From Callorhinchus milii (taxonomy: Eukaryota), in NCBI RefSeq assembly GCF_018977255.1, contig NW_024704763.1:7564001-7628000 (forward strand): a stretch of DNA of 64,000 nt. Direction: 5' to 3'. Both the position numbers and the translations under genes were made by a program. Below, piece after piece: positions 39,346 through 53,808 of the stretch (positions are counted from its first letter, which is position 1; the number at the start of each line of letters is the position of its first letter). The notes under the pieces were generated by a model. The model did not search any database and was not told the DNA's origin. It worked only from the letters and a program-made list of their open reading frames with translations.

Positions 39346-41187
39346 TGATGCTGTTAGTATCACTGCAATTACAACACTCTCCACCAGGGGGAAGGGTTTT
39401 ACGGCAAACAAATACCTCTGTAAACCTCTGTGACTGGTGTTTGCATAAGGAAAAATACTAATCCTTGCATCTTGTCACATTGTTCAAACGCCTCAAATAC
39501 ACAGTCACTCCACTTCACACCCGTGAAGCCTTTGAGAGGTCCTCCCGATGTGAAGGGCTATTCCGAATGCAAGGATTATGATTGATGATCATAATCTGTA
39601 CCGCGTTGATTGTTTTGCAAGGAAAGATACTGTGTAGAAAACGGACAAAAACAACTGGGATGATTTGTTCTGTTGCAACGTAGCTTGTTAGCACAGTATA
39701 GCACTGAAAAGATTGCGTGTTCAAACACGCCTCTCAGTTTGGTAGCAGAGTTGTACGTTTTGGATAGGTTTGAGCATTGAGCTGTAGATAATAATAATAA
39801 TCCTTGCATGGATGTAGCGCTTTATCACAGAATATACTGTAAAGTGAACTGACTCTGGTTTTGTCGGCAATTGTGCACAGCAATGTCCCACAAACAGTCG
39901 AGAATTGAGTAAAGTCCTCCCAATGTGAAAGGTGCTATACGAATGTAATTTTGTTGTTTTTATTGTCGACCAAATTATTATTATTATGGTCTTTTTATTA
40001 ACCCCGGAAAAGCAATCTGCCAATCGTCTAACAACTGGCTTTCTGCTTACTACAGGGTAAACAGAGGTGTGTGGAGTAAGGAAACTTGCCCAACGTGTCG
40101 CCCTGCCGGGAATCGAACCCAGGTCCTTTCACTTACGACTGTTTGTGGGACACTGCTGTACGCAATTGGCTGCTGCGTTTCGCCCACAAAATATGCAGTC
40201 AATTCACTTTACAGTATATTCTGTGAAGCGCTTTGAGACGTTTCGAAGACGTGAAAAGTGCTATATCAAATTCAAGGATTATTATTTATTATTGTTGTAG
40301 TAATCCTTGCATTTAATACAGCACCTTATTCGCATCGTTGAGACGTCTCAAAGCGCTTTACAAATATATTGTAAAGTGGATTCCTTAATGCACTGACTGC
40401 CCGGCTAGTTAATAAATTAAATGATAAATTAACACCAGCTTGCATTTATACAGCGCCCTTCATGTGGGATTATGTCTCGGAGTGCTTCACAGTTATGGGG
40501 GTGCAACCCCAGATAGGAAAAAGGGGGAGCAGAGGTGCCATAGGCACAGTTAAAGAGGTAGATTTTAAGATGGGATTTGAAGATAGATAAATAATAAAAA
40601 CAATCCTCACATTTTTTATAGCACCTTATCACGCCTTCGAGACATCTCAAAGCGCTTCACGGAATATACTATAAAGTGAATTGACTGTATATTTTGTGGA
40701 TGAAACATGGCAGCCAATTGCGCACAGCAGCGTCCCACACAAACAGTCGTGTTTGTGGGACAGACAAAATAGATAGATAAATTGACAGGCAGGAGGCAGG
40801 CAGACGGATAGATAGAGAGGGATGAGCCATTGAAACATCTTAAGCGCTTCACAGGATTTACTGTAAAGTGTAGTGACTGCGTAATTGTAGGCGAATGTGG
40901 TAACCAATTTGCGCACGGCAATGTCCGACAAACAGCCAAGATGTTTTAACTGATGATTGCTGGCCAGGACACTGGGAAAAACTCCCCTCTCTTTTCGAAC
41001 AGCGCCATGGGATCTTTAACCTGAACAGGCAGGTGGGACCTCATCTTAATGTCTCATCTGAAGGTCGGCACCTCTGATAGTGCTCTCCCTGCTCTGCATT
41101 GCAGAGTCAGCCTAGGGCATTGAGTTCACCACCATGGGGCTTGAACCCACAACCTCCTCCTCAGGCGTGAGTGAGTTGCCCTGGACA

Positions 41188-41276
41188 TGTGTGTGTGTGT
41201 GTGTGTGTGCGTGGTGACGGCTGGGAGGAGAGCCCGGCTGAGGGAGTGAGAGAGAGAGAGAGCGAGAGAGAGAGGG
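41188..41276. repeat. (GT)n and (GA)n microsatellites
   Basis: Direct reading; further (CA)n at 41834-41851 and (GT)n at 41928-41951. Confidence 0.85.
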
Positions 41277-42006
41277 GGTGGGGGTGGTGTGGCAGTGTGC
41301 CCCTCAACCATGTGATTGCACCAGGGAAATCTGATCCATCCGAACCTCCAGTACAATCTGGTTTGCATTAGCAACAAAGCAGGGAAGACAGAATGTTAGC
41401 CAATGCATCGTGAGCCACCGCTCTCCTTCGGAGAGAGCGGATACAGTGGATTTGCTGCCAGCGCAGGCTGAGAAACACCTCGACAGATTGAGAGACCTCT
41501 CGAACCTGCTCACTCAAGCACCCAGCTGGTGTTTCCAAAAACCCGGACGTCCGTCTTGTTGGGGAGGAGGGTGTGGGATTTAAAGTAGAGAAGCACAAGC
41601 TCCAAAACTAATAATAATAATAATCCTGGTATTTGATACAGCGCCTTATCACACCGTTGAGACGTCTCAAAGCGCTTCACAGGATATACTGTAAAGTACA
41701 CAGGAGAGTACAGGAGTGATCGTGTGCATTTTGCGGGTCGAAACGCGGCAGCCAATTGCGCTCAGCAGCGTCCCGCAAACAGTCGTGGGTTGAAGGGAGT
41801 GGAGGGCTGGGGGTTGTGATAGCGAGAGAGGGTATACACACACACACACACATGGTTGCCGGTTTTATTTGTCAGCAGGGCTAGGGTTTGTGTGCGCGTG
41901 TTTGCTGAGCACAAGCACAGAGAGCTGCTGTGTGTGTATGTGTGTGTGTGTGAGAGAGGGAGAGAGCAGAGAGTACGTGTGCTCATTGAGAATGTGTTCC
42001 CTGAGG

Positions 42007-42342
42007 GGGAACTCCCTCTCGCAGAGAGAGCGAGAGGCTCGCACACTGGCCAATGAACGGTTCAAGGGATTGCAGTGATGTCACCATACAAGGCAAGTCA
42101 GGATCAGCATCCACATTGCTGGAATAATGACGAGCTGGGCTGAGCAGCGAGCGGGTTGCACCATTCTGTAGTACTCTACGGTTTGCCATCCAGAAGTTTT
42201 AAGGGATCCAACTCCAGTCTGTGGGGCGGGGGGGGGCGGGGTGAAGTTTAAGCAGAGAAACTTTTTTAAAAGGGGGAAGACAGAGCTTTGGAGTTGCCTC
42301 ACAGCGAGTGGGGCTGGAGTGGTCATGCCAGGCAGGGTGAGT
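42007..42342 (+). promoter_or_regulatory. Candidate promoter and short non-coding first exon of a plus-strand gene
   Basis: kB-like GGGAACTCCC (42007-42016), CCAAT (42050), two GC boxes (42223-42240), TATA-like TTTAAAAG (42265-42272), Inr-like CCTCACA (~42301), donor CAGG|GTGAGT after 42336. Confidence 0.4.
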
Positions 42343-45300
42343 AGTGTCCACTACAAAAGCCTTTTGTGTGAATGTTTGAATGAAAAAGCAGCGCAGAAAG
42401 TTGTAAAGCCTGACACTGGAACGTGGGTGGGTGGCGGGGAGATTTCAGTGGATCTAGCGGGTGTTTAGGTGGAAAATGCATCCGATTCGAGCAGAAGGAA
42501 TGTTGCCTTGGCTGCGAGAGAAAGAATCGCACAGTTTGCTGTAAATCTTAACTCCTTCCTTGATCTCCGTCGGCGCGCACTTGTGTTTTTTTAGCAAAAC
42601 GTATTGAATGTTGGAAAGAGTCGAGGTTCAAAGTTACAGGTCTTCTATAACCTTAGATTTTATATATCTTTTATGTTTTGTCCACAAAATATACAGTCAG
42701 TTCGCTTTGCTGTATATCCTGTGAAGCGCTTTGCGACGTCTCGAAGACGTGATAAGGCGCTATATCAAATGCAAGGAATATTATTATAATTATGCATCTT
42801 AAAGATACATTAAAGATCCCGTGGCGCTAGAGAAGGAGTTTCTTTCTCGCGGTGTCCAGGCCAACAACCCCCCAGATAAAATCGGTCACTCACTCCATGG
42901 CAGTTTATGCTGTACGCAAATTGGCTGTCGCGTTTCATCCACAAAATACACCGTTACTATACTTTACAGTGTAGGCTGTGAAGCGCTTTGAGACGTCTGG
43001 ACAACTTGATAAGGCGAGGCGCTACATCAAATGCTAGGATTATTATTAATAATTATATTCACTGTAATTCTCTGTTGTGATCACACTGGCCTTTCATCTC
43101 TGGGATCTGGATTTGATCACTGTACAGGCTAATAAGATCTCCTTTGATAATAATAGGTGGGATTTGAAGATTGATAGAAGGATAGATAAGTAATAATAAA
43201 TAATAATAATAACCCTTGCATTTGAGATAGCGCCTCAACACATCTTCGAGGCGTATCAAAGCTCTTCACAGAATATACTGTAAAGTGAATTGACTGAATA
43301 TTTTATGGGCGAAATGCGGCAGCCAATTGCGCACAGCAGCGTCCCACAAGCAGTCGTGGATTGAGTGACCATATAATTATTGTTATTACTATTATTAGGC
43401 GAGGGCTAGGGTGAAGGTGTATTATGATTGATATTGTGGAGGGGCACTAGGGTGGTCTTCTGATCTCAGGTCTGACGTTCTCACTCAGTATCCCAGTCCT
43501 GTTTCCCTTTTTTTTGACAATAATAATATATAATAATCCTTGCATTTGATATAGCGCTTTTCGCGTCTTCTCGACGTCTCAAAGCGCTTCACAGAAATAT
43601 TGTAAAGTGAATTGACTGTATTGAGACAAACTCAGTCCCTTCTCTGGGCTGAAGGAGCTGGTAGCAGCCAGCCAGAGGCTCACCTAATTTGCTCTGTTTA
43701 GAGAGGCCATAAGGGGGGAAGGGAGTGGAAGTGGGGGAGGGGAGGGGATCATCTAGGTTGCTTGCTCCTGATTTGCTAACCTGGAATCTCTGTTTCAATG
43801 TGCGTCTGTATCTAAATCCCTTCAGCGGCATACAATAGTTGATCATCCCTCAATCCACTTTACAGTATATTCTGTCAAGCGCTTTGAGACGTCTCCACGA
43901 TGCGATAAGGCGTTGTATCGAATGCAAGGTTTATTATTATTATTTATTTCATGGCTGTTTTGGGGACGTTGCTGTGCGCAGATTGGCTGCCAGGTTTGTC
44001 TGCAAAGTACACAGTCATTTACACTTTCTAGTAACTTCTGCGAAGGGTTTTGAGCTTCTTCCCCCACTGTCCACATCTCCATTCCATAGTCCCTCCTTCT
44101 CATCATTTCACCTTCCCCTTTCCTCTCCCTCCTTGGCTACCTCCCAACGTGAAAGGTACCAAACAAATGTCAGGATTATTGGTCTATTGGTTTGTGGTTC
44201 TCTTGATTAAATAGAGGGTGAGAAGCCTTACAACGTCACCTGCAATTTGTCTGAAATTCAGCAACAGTTTCCGAGGATGTTGAATAATAATAATAATAAT
44301 AATAATAATCCTTGCATTTGATATAGCATCGTATCACGTCGTTGAGACCTCTCAAAGCGTTTCACAGGATACACTCTAAAGTGGATTGACTGTGTATTTT
44401 GTGGGTGAAACAAAGTGACCATAAACTATCAAGGACCCTTTTCTTGTACTTAATGTTGAGCTATTGTGCCCATGAAGGGGAAATGCGAAGAACAATCTTA
44501 CAAAAGACGTACCTTTACCACACACAGTCACTACACTTTACAGTAAATCCTGAGAAGTCTTTGAGAAATCCTCCCAATATGAAAAGCTAGGTATCAAATG
44601 CTATGAGTATTATTATCATTTACTCAAAAGCTAATAATAACAATCCTTACATGTGGTTTGGCGCCTTTCACGTCAGGAGGACGTCCCAAAGCATTTTACG
44701 GGATATATTGTAAAGTGTAGTGACTGTGCGTTTTGTGGGTGAACGTACCAGCTAATTTGCACATAGCAGTGTCCCACAAAACAGTCATGGTGTGAATGAC
44801 TTATTTTATTTGGGGGATTGTTGGCCAGGACACCGGCAGAAACTCCCTTCTCTTTTCAAATAGTTCCGCCAATTGAGCCAGGCTGACAACCAGGAGTGAC
44901 TGGAAAATAATAATAATAACAATCCTTGCAATTGATACAGCGCCTTATCACGCCTTCGAGACGTCTCAAAGCGCTTCACATCTGAAAAGTGAATTGACTG
45001 TATATATTTGATGGGCGAAACGCGGCAGCCAATTGTGCACAGCAACGTCCCACAAACAGTCGTGGATTGAGTGGATTTTTTGTGCCAGTTGTATATCGTG
45101 GCGCTATGTATTGAGGTGAATCAAGAGCTGGCTTCTTGCCAGATGAACATTTGAAATCTTTTCACTGTTGCAAAATGGGCGTTTGTGTAAACAATGGTCA
45201 AACTGAAGCAGAGTCGAGAGGAACGACTTCTCAGAGTGTTTATACAGTGGACAGTGACTCACAATGTAATTGCTTATTCCTGTGACTAATCATTACTGTG

Positions 45301-45697
45301 GCAAACCTTGGCCTTCTCTGTTGTTTGAGTTCCAATGATAACGTTCGCCTACAACTACACAGTCACTACCCTTTAGCAGTTAGAAATGTTTCGACGACAC
45401 GATAAGGTAGTATATCAAATGCAAGGATTATTTATTAGTTATTTCTTATGTCATGTAAGGTGTCAGCCTGGCTCAGTGGGAGCACTCCAGCTTATGAATT
45501 AGAAGGCTGTGGGTTTACGTCCCGCGTAGGGACTTTGGGCTCACAGTCTATGCTAAAACCCAATACAATGCGCTACATTGTCAGAGGTGACGTTGTGCAG
45601 ATGAGATGTCAAATTGAGGTTCCGTCCACCTGTTCAAGTGACTATGAAAGATCACATGGAGAAGAGAATGGAGTTTCTCACACTGTCTTGACCAACA

Positions 45698-45998
45698 GTA
45701 GAGTCCTGTAGCTCAGTGGTTAGAGCACTCGCCTTGCAAGCGAGAGACCTGGGTTTGATTCCCGGCAGAGCGAATCCTTGGGTTTCCTTACTCCACACGC
45801 CTGATAATATCCCTCAAAAAAACAATGATAAATTGGTCACTTCAATCCACTACTGTTTGTGCGACACTGCTGTGCGCAATTGGCTGCCGCATTTCGCCCA
45901 CAAAATATGCAGTAATTTCACTTTATAGTCTATTCTGTCAAGCGCTTTGAGACGTCTAGAAAAGTGCTATATCAAATGCAAGGATTATTAATATTATA
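45698..45998 (+). mobile_element. tRNA-derived Deu SINE, short variant with older tail, inserted into a SacSINE1-like copy
   Basis: Head with anticodon-like loop CTTGCAA; lacks the 64-nt segment; tail gagacgtctag type; directly follows the SacSINE body at 45459-45697. Confidence 0.85.
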
Positions 45999-48900
45999 AC
46001 ATTCCCTCAGATAAAATTAACTATTCACGTCAAGGCTGTTTGTGGGACCTTCCTGTCTGCAAATTGGCTGACGGGATTGCCAACAAATACGCAGTCACTA
46101 TGTTTGATATTAAGTCCCGTGAAGCTTTTCGAGATGTCTTCCTAGGGCAAAAGGAATTTTGCCCGCAAAATACACACTTTACAGTATATTCTGTGAAGTG
46201 CTTTGAGGCGCTATATCAAATGCAAGTATAATTATTATTGTTGGCAAAGAAACATATTATCCTGCAGATGGATTTGTGTAGGTTGAAAAGGATGGAAAGG
46301 GGTCTATTTCTTTCTCTCTCAATGTCCGAGCGAGCCATGTGTGGAGTACATTGTCCATTCAGCAGAAGATCAGCCGAGGAGACGAGAATCGATTTCCCCT
46401 TTTATTTGTGCGATCAGCTTTGGGCAGTGTCGGGAAAAACACTTGTGAGTTCTCGCAATGCTGCTCTCTGCAGCTGAAGTTGCTGTTGGATTCATCTGCT
46501 GCTAAATAACACATGACATTAAAACCCATGTGATGTGCTACGTTGCACTATTTCCAGAGAGCCACACTGACTCACAGTCATTGCCACTCAATCCCTTACT
46601 TTTTAAAGAAAATCCTTAATATTAATTATCAGCCCTCGATAATACTTCTTTGCAACTTCAGAAAGTTTATAAATAATACATATATGTATATATTCAATTG
46701 ACTGCTCTGTTCTATTCACAAAGTACACAGTCAGTTAACTTTACAATATGTGACCGGATTTGATTCTTTATCGGGACTGTATCAGCCTTCAATTAAAAAA
46801 GCGTTAAGTTTATTTCAGAATCACTTTGAGATGTCTCGATGACGTGAAATGGCGCAAAATAATATACAAGGATTATTATTATTATTGACCACCCCCTCCC
46901 CCTCCCCCAACCCCACACCAGTAGATAGACTAGTAATCTGGAGCTGACACTCCAGCATGATAGTGACGAGGAGTTGTAATGCTGGAGATGTTATCTTTCA
47001 GATGAGTTTTTTTTACTGAATTCCCGTCTGACTGTTTGGTTGGGTCAGATAAACGCTAAAGATCTCAGGGCACTTCCTTGTTTTAAGGAGCTGCCTATCC
47101 AGGCGTCAGTCAATGCATCATTAAAGTTGCCACACTGAGCTTGAAGTGGAATGTCTCGCCCATTGTAAGCTTGTTATAGTCAATGTTGTTACACTTCGTG
47201 CCAAATGAATGTCTCGCCCAAGGATTTATTATAGAAAGAAAGGTGTGAGCAGATGCCTTCAAATAGCAACTCATATGTTCAGTCTCCAGCTCTTTAATGC
47301 CTGGGAGGGGGTTCAAGTGTTTGATCCCTGTGGGCTCAGAGAGCTGCAGCTGAGTTTATTGCAGTTGCTTGTTCGAGACTTTGCCACCTTGACCAGTGCA
47401 CATGGATTTACTGTTTGCTAGTCAATCGCTGGGTCAATCTGTCTGTCTGTCCTGCTCCCCTTAATCGGCCCACTTGTGATGAATTATGTACAGCGATACA
47501 GCATGGAAACAGGGCAGTCAGCCCAATTGGTCTCCATTCTTCCTATTTCCCTCTCCAATACCCTTCTATCTCCCCCATGCATACAACAATCATGCGCAAT
47601 TGGCTGCCGTGTTTCGCCCACAAAATGTACAGTCAATTCACTTTACAGTATGTTCGGTAAAACTTTTGAGACAAAGTTCCTTCTAAACTCTTCTACTACT
47701 AGCTAGCTTTGATTTATCTCTTCTCGGTTTGGACTCACCAACAAGTGGAAACAACGTCAACATCTGAAGCACAGCTCTATCTGAGCATGATAACTTTATT
47801 AGCCTACTATAAAAGAGCAACCATGGGAGGTCTCTAAATTGGAGTAATTGGCGCTAACCGTATGTATCTAACTTGGTCCTTACCAGAAACGATGTTCCAG
47901 CAAAACCCACTTTATGGCCAAGCACCAGAATTTTCCATTCTTAAAAATCTGTTGTAGTTCTGAAGAAAGTTTAACATTCACCTGAACAGGCACAGATGGG
48001 GCCTTGGTTTAACATCTCACCTGAGCTCAGCAAATTTACCGACAGACAGGGAACGAGCTCCAACTCTAACCAGTATAAAAATAATAATCCTCGCATTAGA
48101 TATAGTGTCTTCTCACATCTTCGAGACGTCTCAAAGCACTTCACAGGATATACCATAAAGTGAATTGACTATATGTTTTGTGGATATAATATAGGCTGCC
48201 GGAGACTCTATAGAAATAAATGTCCAACATATGGCGTTGGAATTGATTCTTGCCACAAGGCATATCTACAAGGCTTACACCTAGCACTTTAATAGCACCA
48301 GAAAAGGCTGGCTAGGCAATTTTGCTCCCCCTTCAAATGTACTTTTAGTGTGCACATGGAGTTCCAATAAAGAGACTTACTGAATTACTTTAAAACCTGG
48401 TTGGGAACACTAACAATAACGTATAAAAAAAGAATATGAATAGCCATGTCAATGGGCAGGTTGTGAAAATGACACTGATCCATTGAGTGACCTCTGCCCC
48501 CATTACTGTGGCCAAAACCCAACATTACTCATTGACTTGTGACGCTCTATATATAGCACTAATTACATCTCAGCTAAAGTAATTCCGTCAGAACTGCGCT
48601 GGCCGCGAGCAGATGTTCATTAAAAGAGGGGAAGGAAACCTTGCCTTGTAAGCAAAGTCGGTGCAATAGACCACACAGGCAAGAGATTTCTGACCTATGC
48701 TGGCTTAGCTGATTTCAGCTAGGTCTGGGTAGGATGACTCACCATCCTTGCCTGTACAGTTGTGAGCTTTCCTTGCGTACAAAAGTCCCACAAGCCGAGC
48801 AAGTTATCTGGAGGATGACCGGCCAGGGGAGTGGGAGAAACTCCCTTCTCTTTTCAGATAGTGCCACGGAATATTTACTGTCCACCTGAACAAGCAAATC

Positions 48901-50394
48901 GAACCTCAGCTTATCTTCTCATCCAAACAACAGCGCCTTTGACAAACCAGCACTCCCCAGCGTCAACAACAATTTGCATTTACATAGGATAACATCTCAG
49001 AAGGCTGTATAGGTGTATTGGGTCTCGTCTGCCTGTTTAGGTGTTTGTTAAAGATTCCATGGCACCGAGGAGAAACTTCACCCACTGAGCCAGGCCAAAA
49101 CCCAGTTAGCAGATAGGTATCAACAGTTGACGAACTGTGCCTTAGAATTATTAACAGCCTTGAAATTGGCAAGAAAAAGGGAACAGGAGGCAGGCTTGAT
49201 TATTCTTTTGGTTGGGTTCCACATGCACTAAATCCATCCCATCCAAGTCAAACCCAGGTCCAAAGCATTACCATTGTAGTCAGGCTTGCAGCAATACAAA
49301 GTAATGGAACTTGGCTCCAGTTGGAAGATTTATGCTGTGTTAGGCTGGTCAGATTACTGATGCAAGAGAACGAAACAAGGTCACATCTTTCACTGAAACC
49401 AGGACGCAGTCGAAGGCTGGATGAAACTGATAACATTCACATAGATCTAACCTCTCAGCCCAGTCGCCTCTTAACAAGAGGATAACATTACATATCAACC
49501 TGTCTCAGTGTGTAGCACCCTCTCCTCTGAGTCACAAGGTTGTGGGTTTAAGATCCACGTCAGGACTTTGATGCTCCCATTTTTTGGGTTGAGGCTGTAA
49601 TTCAGAGCTGAGGGGCTTAGGGGGGGTTGCATTGTTGGAGGTAATGTCTAACTCCTGATTTCCTGGCCAAAAATCCCCCAAAACCAAATTGATCGATAAC
49701 TCTTTGCCTGTTTGTGGGGCATGCTCTACTCATTTTGGCTGTGCGATCATCCACAAGATACAGTCATGAGTGGTAAGGCACGATATCAAATGCAAGTTAT
49801 TTTAGTTGAGTAAAGTCTGGCAGCTTTGCAAAATTGAAATAACTGGTGAATTAGTTGCCTCTTCTCCCTCCGTGCAGCTTGAAATGAGACATTTATGTAG
49901 ATTTCTCGCCCCTTGTGGAATTACTGTATTATCGATAGTTGCGCGCAGTAAGATTTATAACTCATTTGGTGTCAACATTTTATATCAAGTAAAGGATGAT
50001 GTAAAACTATCTACAGGGCACTGCTGATCACTGATCAGCCAGCCTGGCTCTCGACAGGACTTGGAGGGACAGGCCGGTTGCTGTGGGCAGGACTTTTTTC
50101 CCACACCTGTTAACCCTGTAGGCCAAAGTTCCAACTGGAAGGGTGGTCCTAACTGAAAAACTTGCCAGCCAGTGCTCTCAATGGCTAACTCTGCAGTTTT
50201 AGCTGGTTAAACGCCAATATAAAGATTCGACACCACGCTCTGGGGTCCTCAAGCCTTGGCATTTGCCAACCTGTGCATAATACTCTCTCTGATTGGGTAA
50301 TCAGGGAGCATCCCTCCAGGGAGAGTGTGCATTCCATTCCAGACACAGGGAAATTTCCATGTGGAGACGGCAAGCATGGAACTCATAGTCTAGT

Positions 50395-50836
50395 TTGGAT
50401 ACTCCCTTACACGGAAATGGGTTTCCATATGTGTCAGAGAGGATCGATTTCAAGATCCTCACCCTTATATTCAAATCCCTCCACTTCTCTGCACCCCCCG
50501 ACCTCTCTGACCTCCTCTCTCTTCAGCACAGAACCCGTTGCCTTCGTTCCTCCAGGTCTGGCCTCCTCCTTGTCCCCCGAGTCTTCCGCTCCACCCTCGT
50601 CGGCCGTGCCTTCAGCCACTATGCCCCGAGGCTCTGGAACTGCCTTCCTTATTCCCTTCGCTTCGTTCCCTCCCATTTTCGGGTCTCTGCTGAAGACCTT
50701 TCTTTTCGACTGCGCCTTTTGTCACCTTCACCCCCCCTCCCCCTGGCTCGATCCCAGGATCCTAAACCGTAAAGCACGCTGAGACGCCGTCCGGTTTGGA
50801 GGGCGCTATATAAATCCAAGTTGCTGTTGTTGTTGT
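50395..50836 (+). mobile_element. L2 3' fragment
   Basis: DNA reads RIDFKILTLIFKSLH...GRAFSHYAPRLWN; (GTT)n tail. Confidence 0.85.
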
Positions 50837-50844
50837 AGACGCCC

Positions 50845-51200
50845 GTCCTGTAGTTTAGTGGTTAGAGCACTCGCCTCGCAAGCAAGAACCTGGGTTCAAT
50901 TTCCAGCAGGACGAATCGTTGGAAGTTTCCTTACTCCACACGTCTCTGTTTATCCAGCAGGAAGTGGGAACCTGGTTAATGGTTGATTGGCGGATCGCTT
51001 TTCCGGGGATAATAAACACTCAAAAAAAATTGGTCACTTAATTCACGACTGTTTGTGGGACACTGCTGTGCACAATTGGCTGCCAGGTCTTGACCACAAA
51101 TATACAGTCAATTCACTTTACAATATATTTTGTGAAGTATTCTGAGATGTCTAGAAGACGTGATAAGGTGCTATATCAAATGCAAGAATTATTATTATTA
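50845..51200 (+). mobile_element. tRNA-derived Deu SINE, long variant
   Basis: Head begins immediately after the L2 (GTT)n tail; contains the extra segment. Confidence 0.8.
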
Positions 51201-52214
51201 TCAAGTCCGTTTCCAGTGTTTATACTCCATATCAGCCTCCACCCATCCTAATCCCCTCTCCCAATGCTCTGGCATACCCCTCCACCCCCATCTCCGTTAT
51301 GTATTTCATTCTATTCTGTTGATAAGCAGCTGCTATTATCTCATGAAATGACATCAGCCTCCAGCACAGTGCAAGGCTTGTTTCTAGGGCAGGAATTAGC
51401 ACTGAATTGTACAAACTCACCTCTAAAAAATCACACCACTTATCAGTAAGAGTTCATCGCCTAACGCAATAAATGAGATAACTTTGATAATCGGTGGTGG
51501 ATGACTAGGATTGTGGTTGGCAGGGAGTGAATGTTAACAGATTGTGATTCACGCAGAGGATGGAGATACCACCATAATCCACAGGAGCAAGGCTCAGTTA
51601 ATTTATAGGAGCCGACTTTAGTCTAATTTACAGGAGTGCAATCTACCAATTGTCTGTATGTGTTTCATAATCTACATTCAATCTTCTTCGCCATATTCAC
51701 ATAATACTGTAACATGTTTTGCGTTAAAATGTAGGAAAGGTCTGATCAAAACGGCTGAGATTAATAATCCTTACGCTTGATAATAATCCTTACGTAGTGA
51801 CTGTGGATTTGTAGGTGAATGTGGCAGCCAGTTTGTTCCCAGCAACATCCCCCGAAAGGCCATGAAGTGAATTGACCAATTTTAATCTGGGGGATTCTCT
51901 TTGCCGATAGTGCCACAGGATATTTAACATCCGTCTGAATAGGCAGATGGACCTTAGTCTAATATCTTATCTGACAGCACCTCCAACAATACAGCGCCAC
52001 CCAGCACTGCATTGGGTTGTCAGCATATTGTATATAAGATTCAAGGCTCAACGTGGGGCTTGAACCCATAGCCTTCGATATCCGAGGCAAGAGTGCTACC
52101 AACTAAGCCAGGCTGATGTCCTAATGGAGAGAGTGTGGGGACATTTATGGGATCAGAGCATTGGTTGAAACTGACATCAGCAATGAGCTGAATAGTATCC
52201 TTCTGTGCTATTGT

Positions 52215-52510
52215 AGAATCATGGAATTATACAGCACAGAAGGCTCATTTGGCCCATTTGGCCCATTGTGTCCGTGCCGGCTCTTTGAAAAGAGCTATCT
52301 GAATCAATCCCACTTCCCGCGCTCTCCCCATAGCCCTGCAAACTTGTCCTCCCCAAATAATTAGCTACTTCTCTCTTAAAATAGATTTTTGTGATTCCAT
52401 AGAATGCATAGAATCATAGAAATCTGCAGCACAGAAGGATATGAATAATTCGGACCATCGAGTCTGCACTAACTCTTGGAGTAAGCTGTTCATTCAACCC
52501 CACTGCCCTG
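52215..52510 (-). mobile_element. CR1 3' tail remnants (two)
   Basis: tagaatcatggaattatacagcacagaagg...ctctttgaaaagagc, similar to 12793 copy. Confidence 0.6.
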
Positions 52511-53808
52511 CCCTATGTCCAATGCATTTAAATTGAGGGGAATTTGTTTTACACAATGTGACAAAGCAGCATAACTGGTGTATTGAAAGAAGCTTTGCAG
52601 CTGGATATAATGGATTACACAAGACTGTAATTTCTATTAGTCAGAGAGAGAAGAGGGGGAGTTCTTAATGAATAAGTGATTGAACTTTATGGGGACATGC
52701 TTACACGTGTTCAGAAGCACAGACGAGAGGGTAAAAGCAGCTGCTTGTTTGTACGGTGATTAATTGACCAAAAACATTTTGAAAGAGACCAAACATCCCC
52801 GACTGGAAAGGAAGGAGCTGTGAGGCAAAGCACTGTTTCCAGGAATTGAATGAAGACTGGTGTAAAATGTGCGTGTGTGTATATAAATGCATTACCTGAT
52901 TCAGAAAGTTCAAGCCCCCATGTCAGGACTTTGAGCTCACAGTCTAAGCTAACACTCTCAACACAGTGCTTATGAAGAGCTGCATTGTCGGTGGTGCCGT
53001 CCTTCTCATGAGATGTTATACTGGGGTCCCGTCTGCCTGTTCAAGTGGATGCTAAAGATCCCGTGGCACTATTTAAAAAGAGAAGGCTGGTGTCCTGGCC
53101 AACAATCCCTGAAATAAAATGGGTCATTCGCTTCATGCGGGACATTGCTACGCGCAGGTTGGCTGATGCATTTGTCTACAAATACACACTTCTTTATAGA
53201 ATATACATCATTTTCTCTCACTCTCACGATAAGAAAAGAGGAGCTCATCCAATTAGGACCAAAGTCTGTTCAAAGGCTAACCCATAAACTGGCTCCACAT
53301 TTGTTGCCATGTCTTGCCACTTTTTGTATTTTATAGTTGCTGGAGGCTGCTCTGAACAGTTCCGAAATGGAGATTGTTATACATGAAATCTATAAAGTCG
53401 TCTGCATATTTTTATGGGTTGTGATTTGTTTATGGAACTTGATAAATTATGGGGTTTGCTTCAAAGTAATGGGTCACCTCTCATGATAGAGTTATTCTCT
53501 GCTTGTCTCCTGCCTCTGGGGCTTTGCAGTTAACATAGGGTAATGGACAACAGCTATTCCCTGCCAACTGGTGAAAGCCTTAGATCAATTGGAAAACAGT
53601 TTCAACAGAAAATATTGTTACCAAGGTCAGCAAATAAAAATGTCAAAGGAAATTAATACCAGATGACGTGATTTGTAACAGATGCAGATAGAGAGTGCTT
53701 TCCTCATGCGCTTTATGATAACACAGGAAATCTAAGTAAATAACAATCCTTGCATTTGATATAGAGCCTTATCACATCGTCGAGACGTCTCAAACTGCTT
53801 CACAGGAT

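Noticed and set aside
50348-50358. Palindromic kB site GGGAAATTTCC
   Set aside because: An isolated motif next to an L2 fragment with no supporting context.
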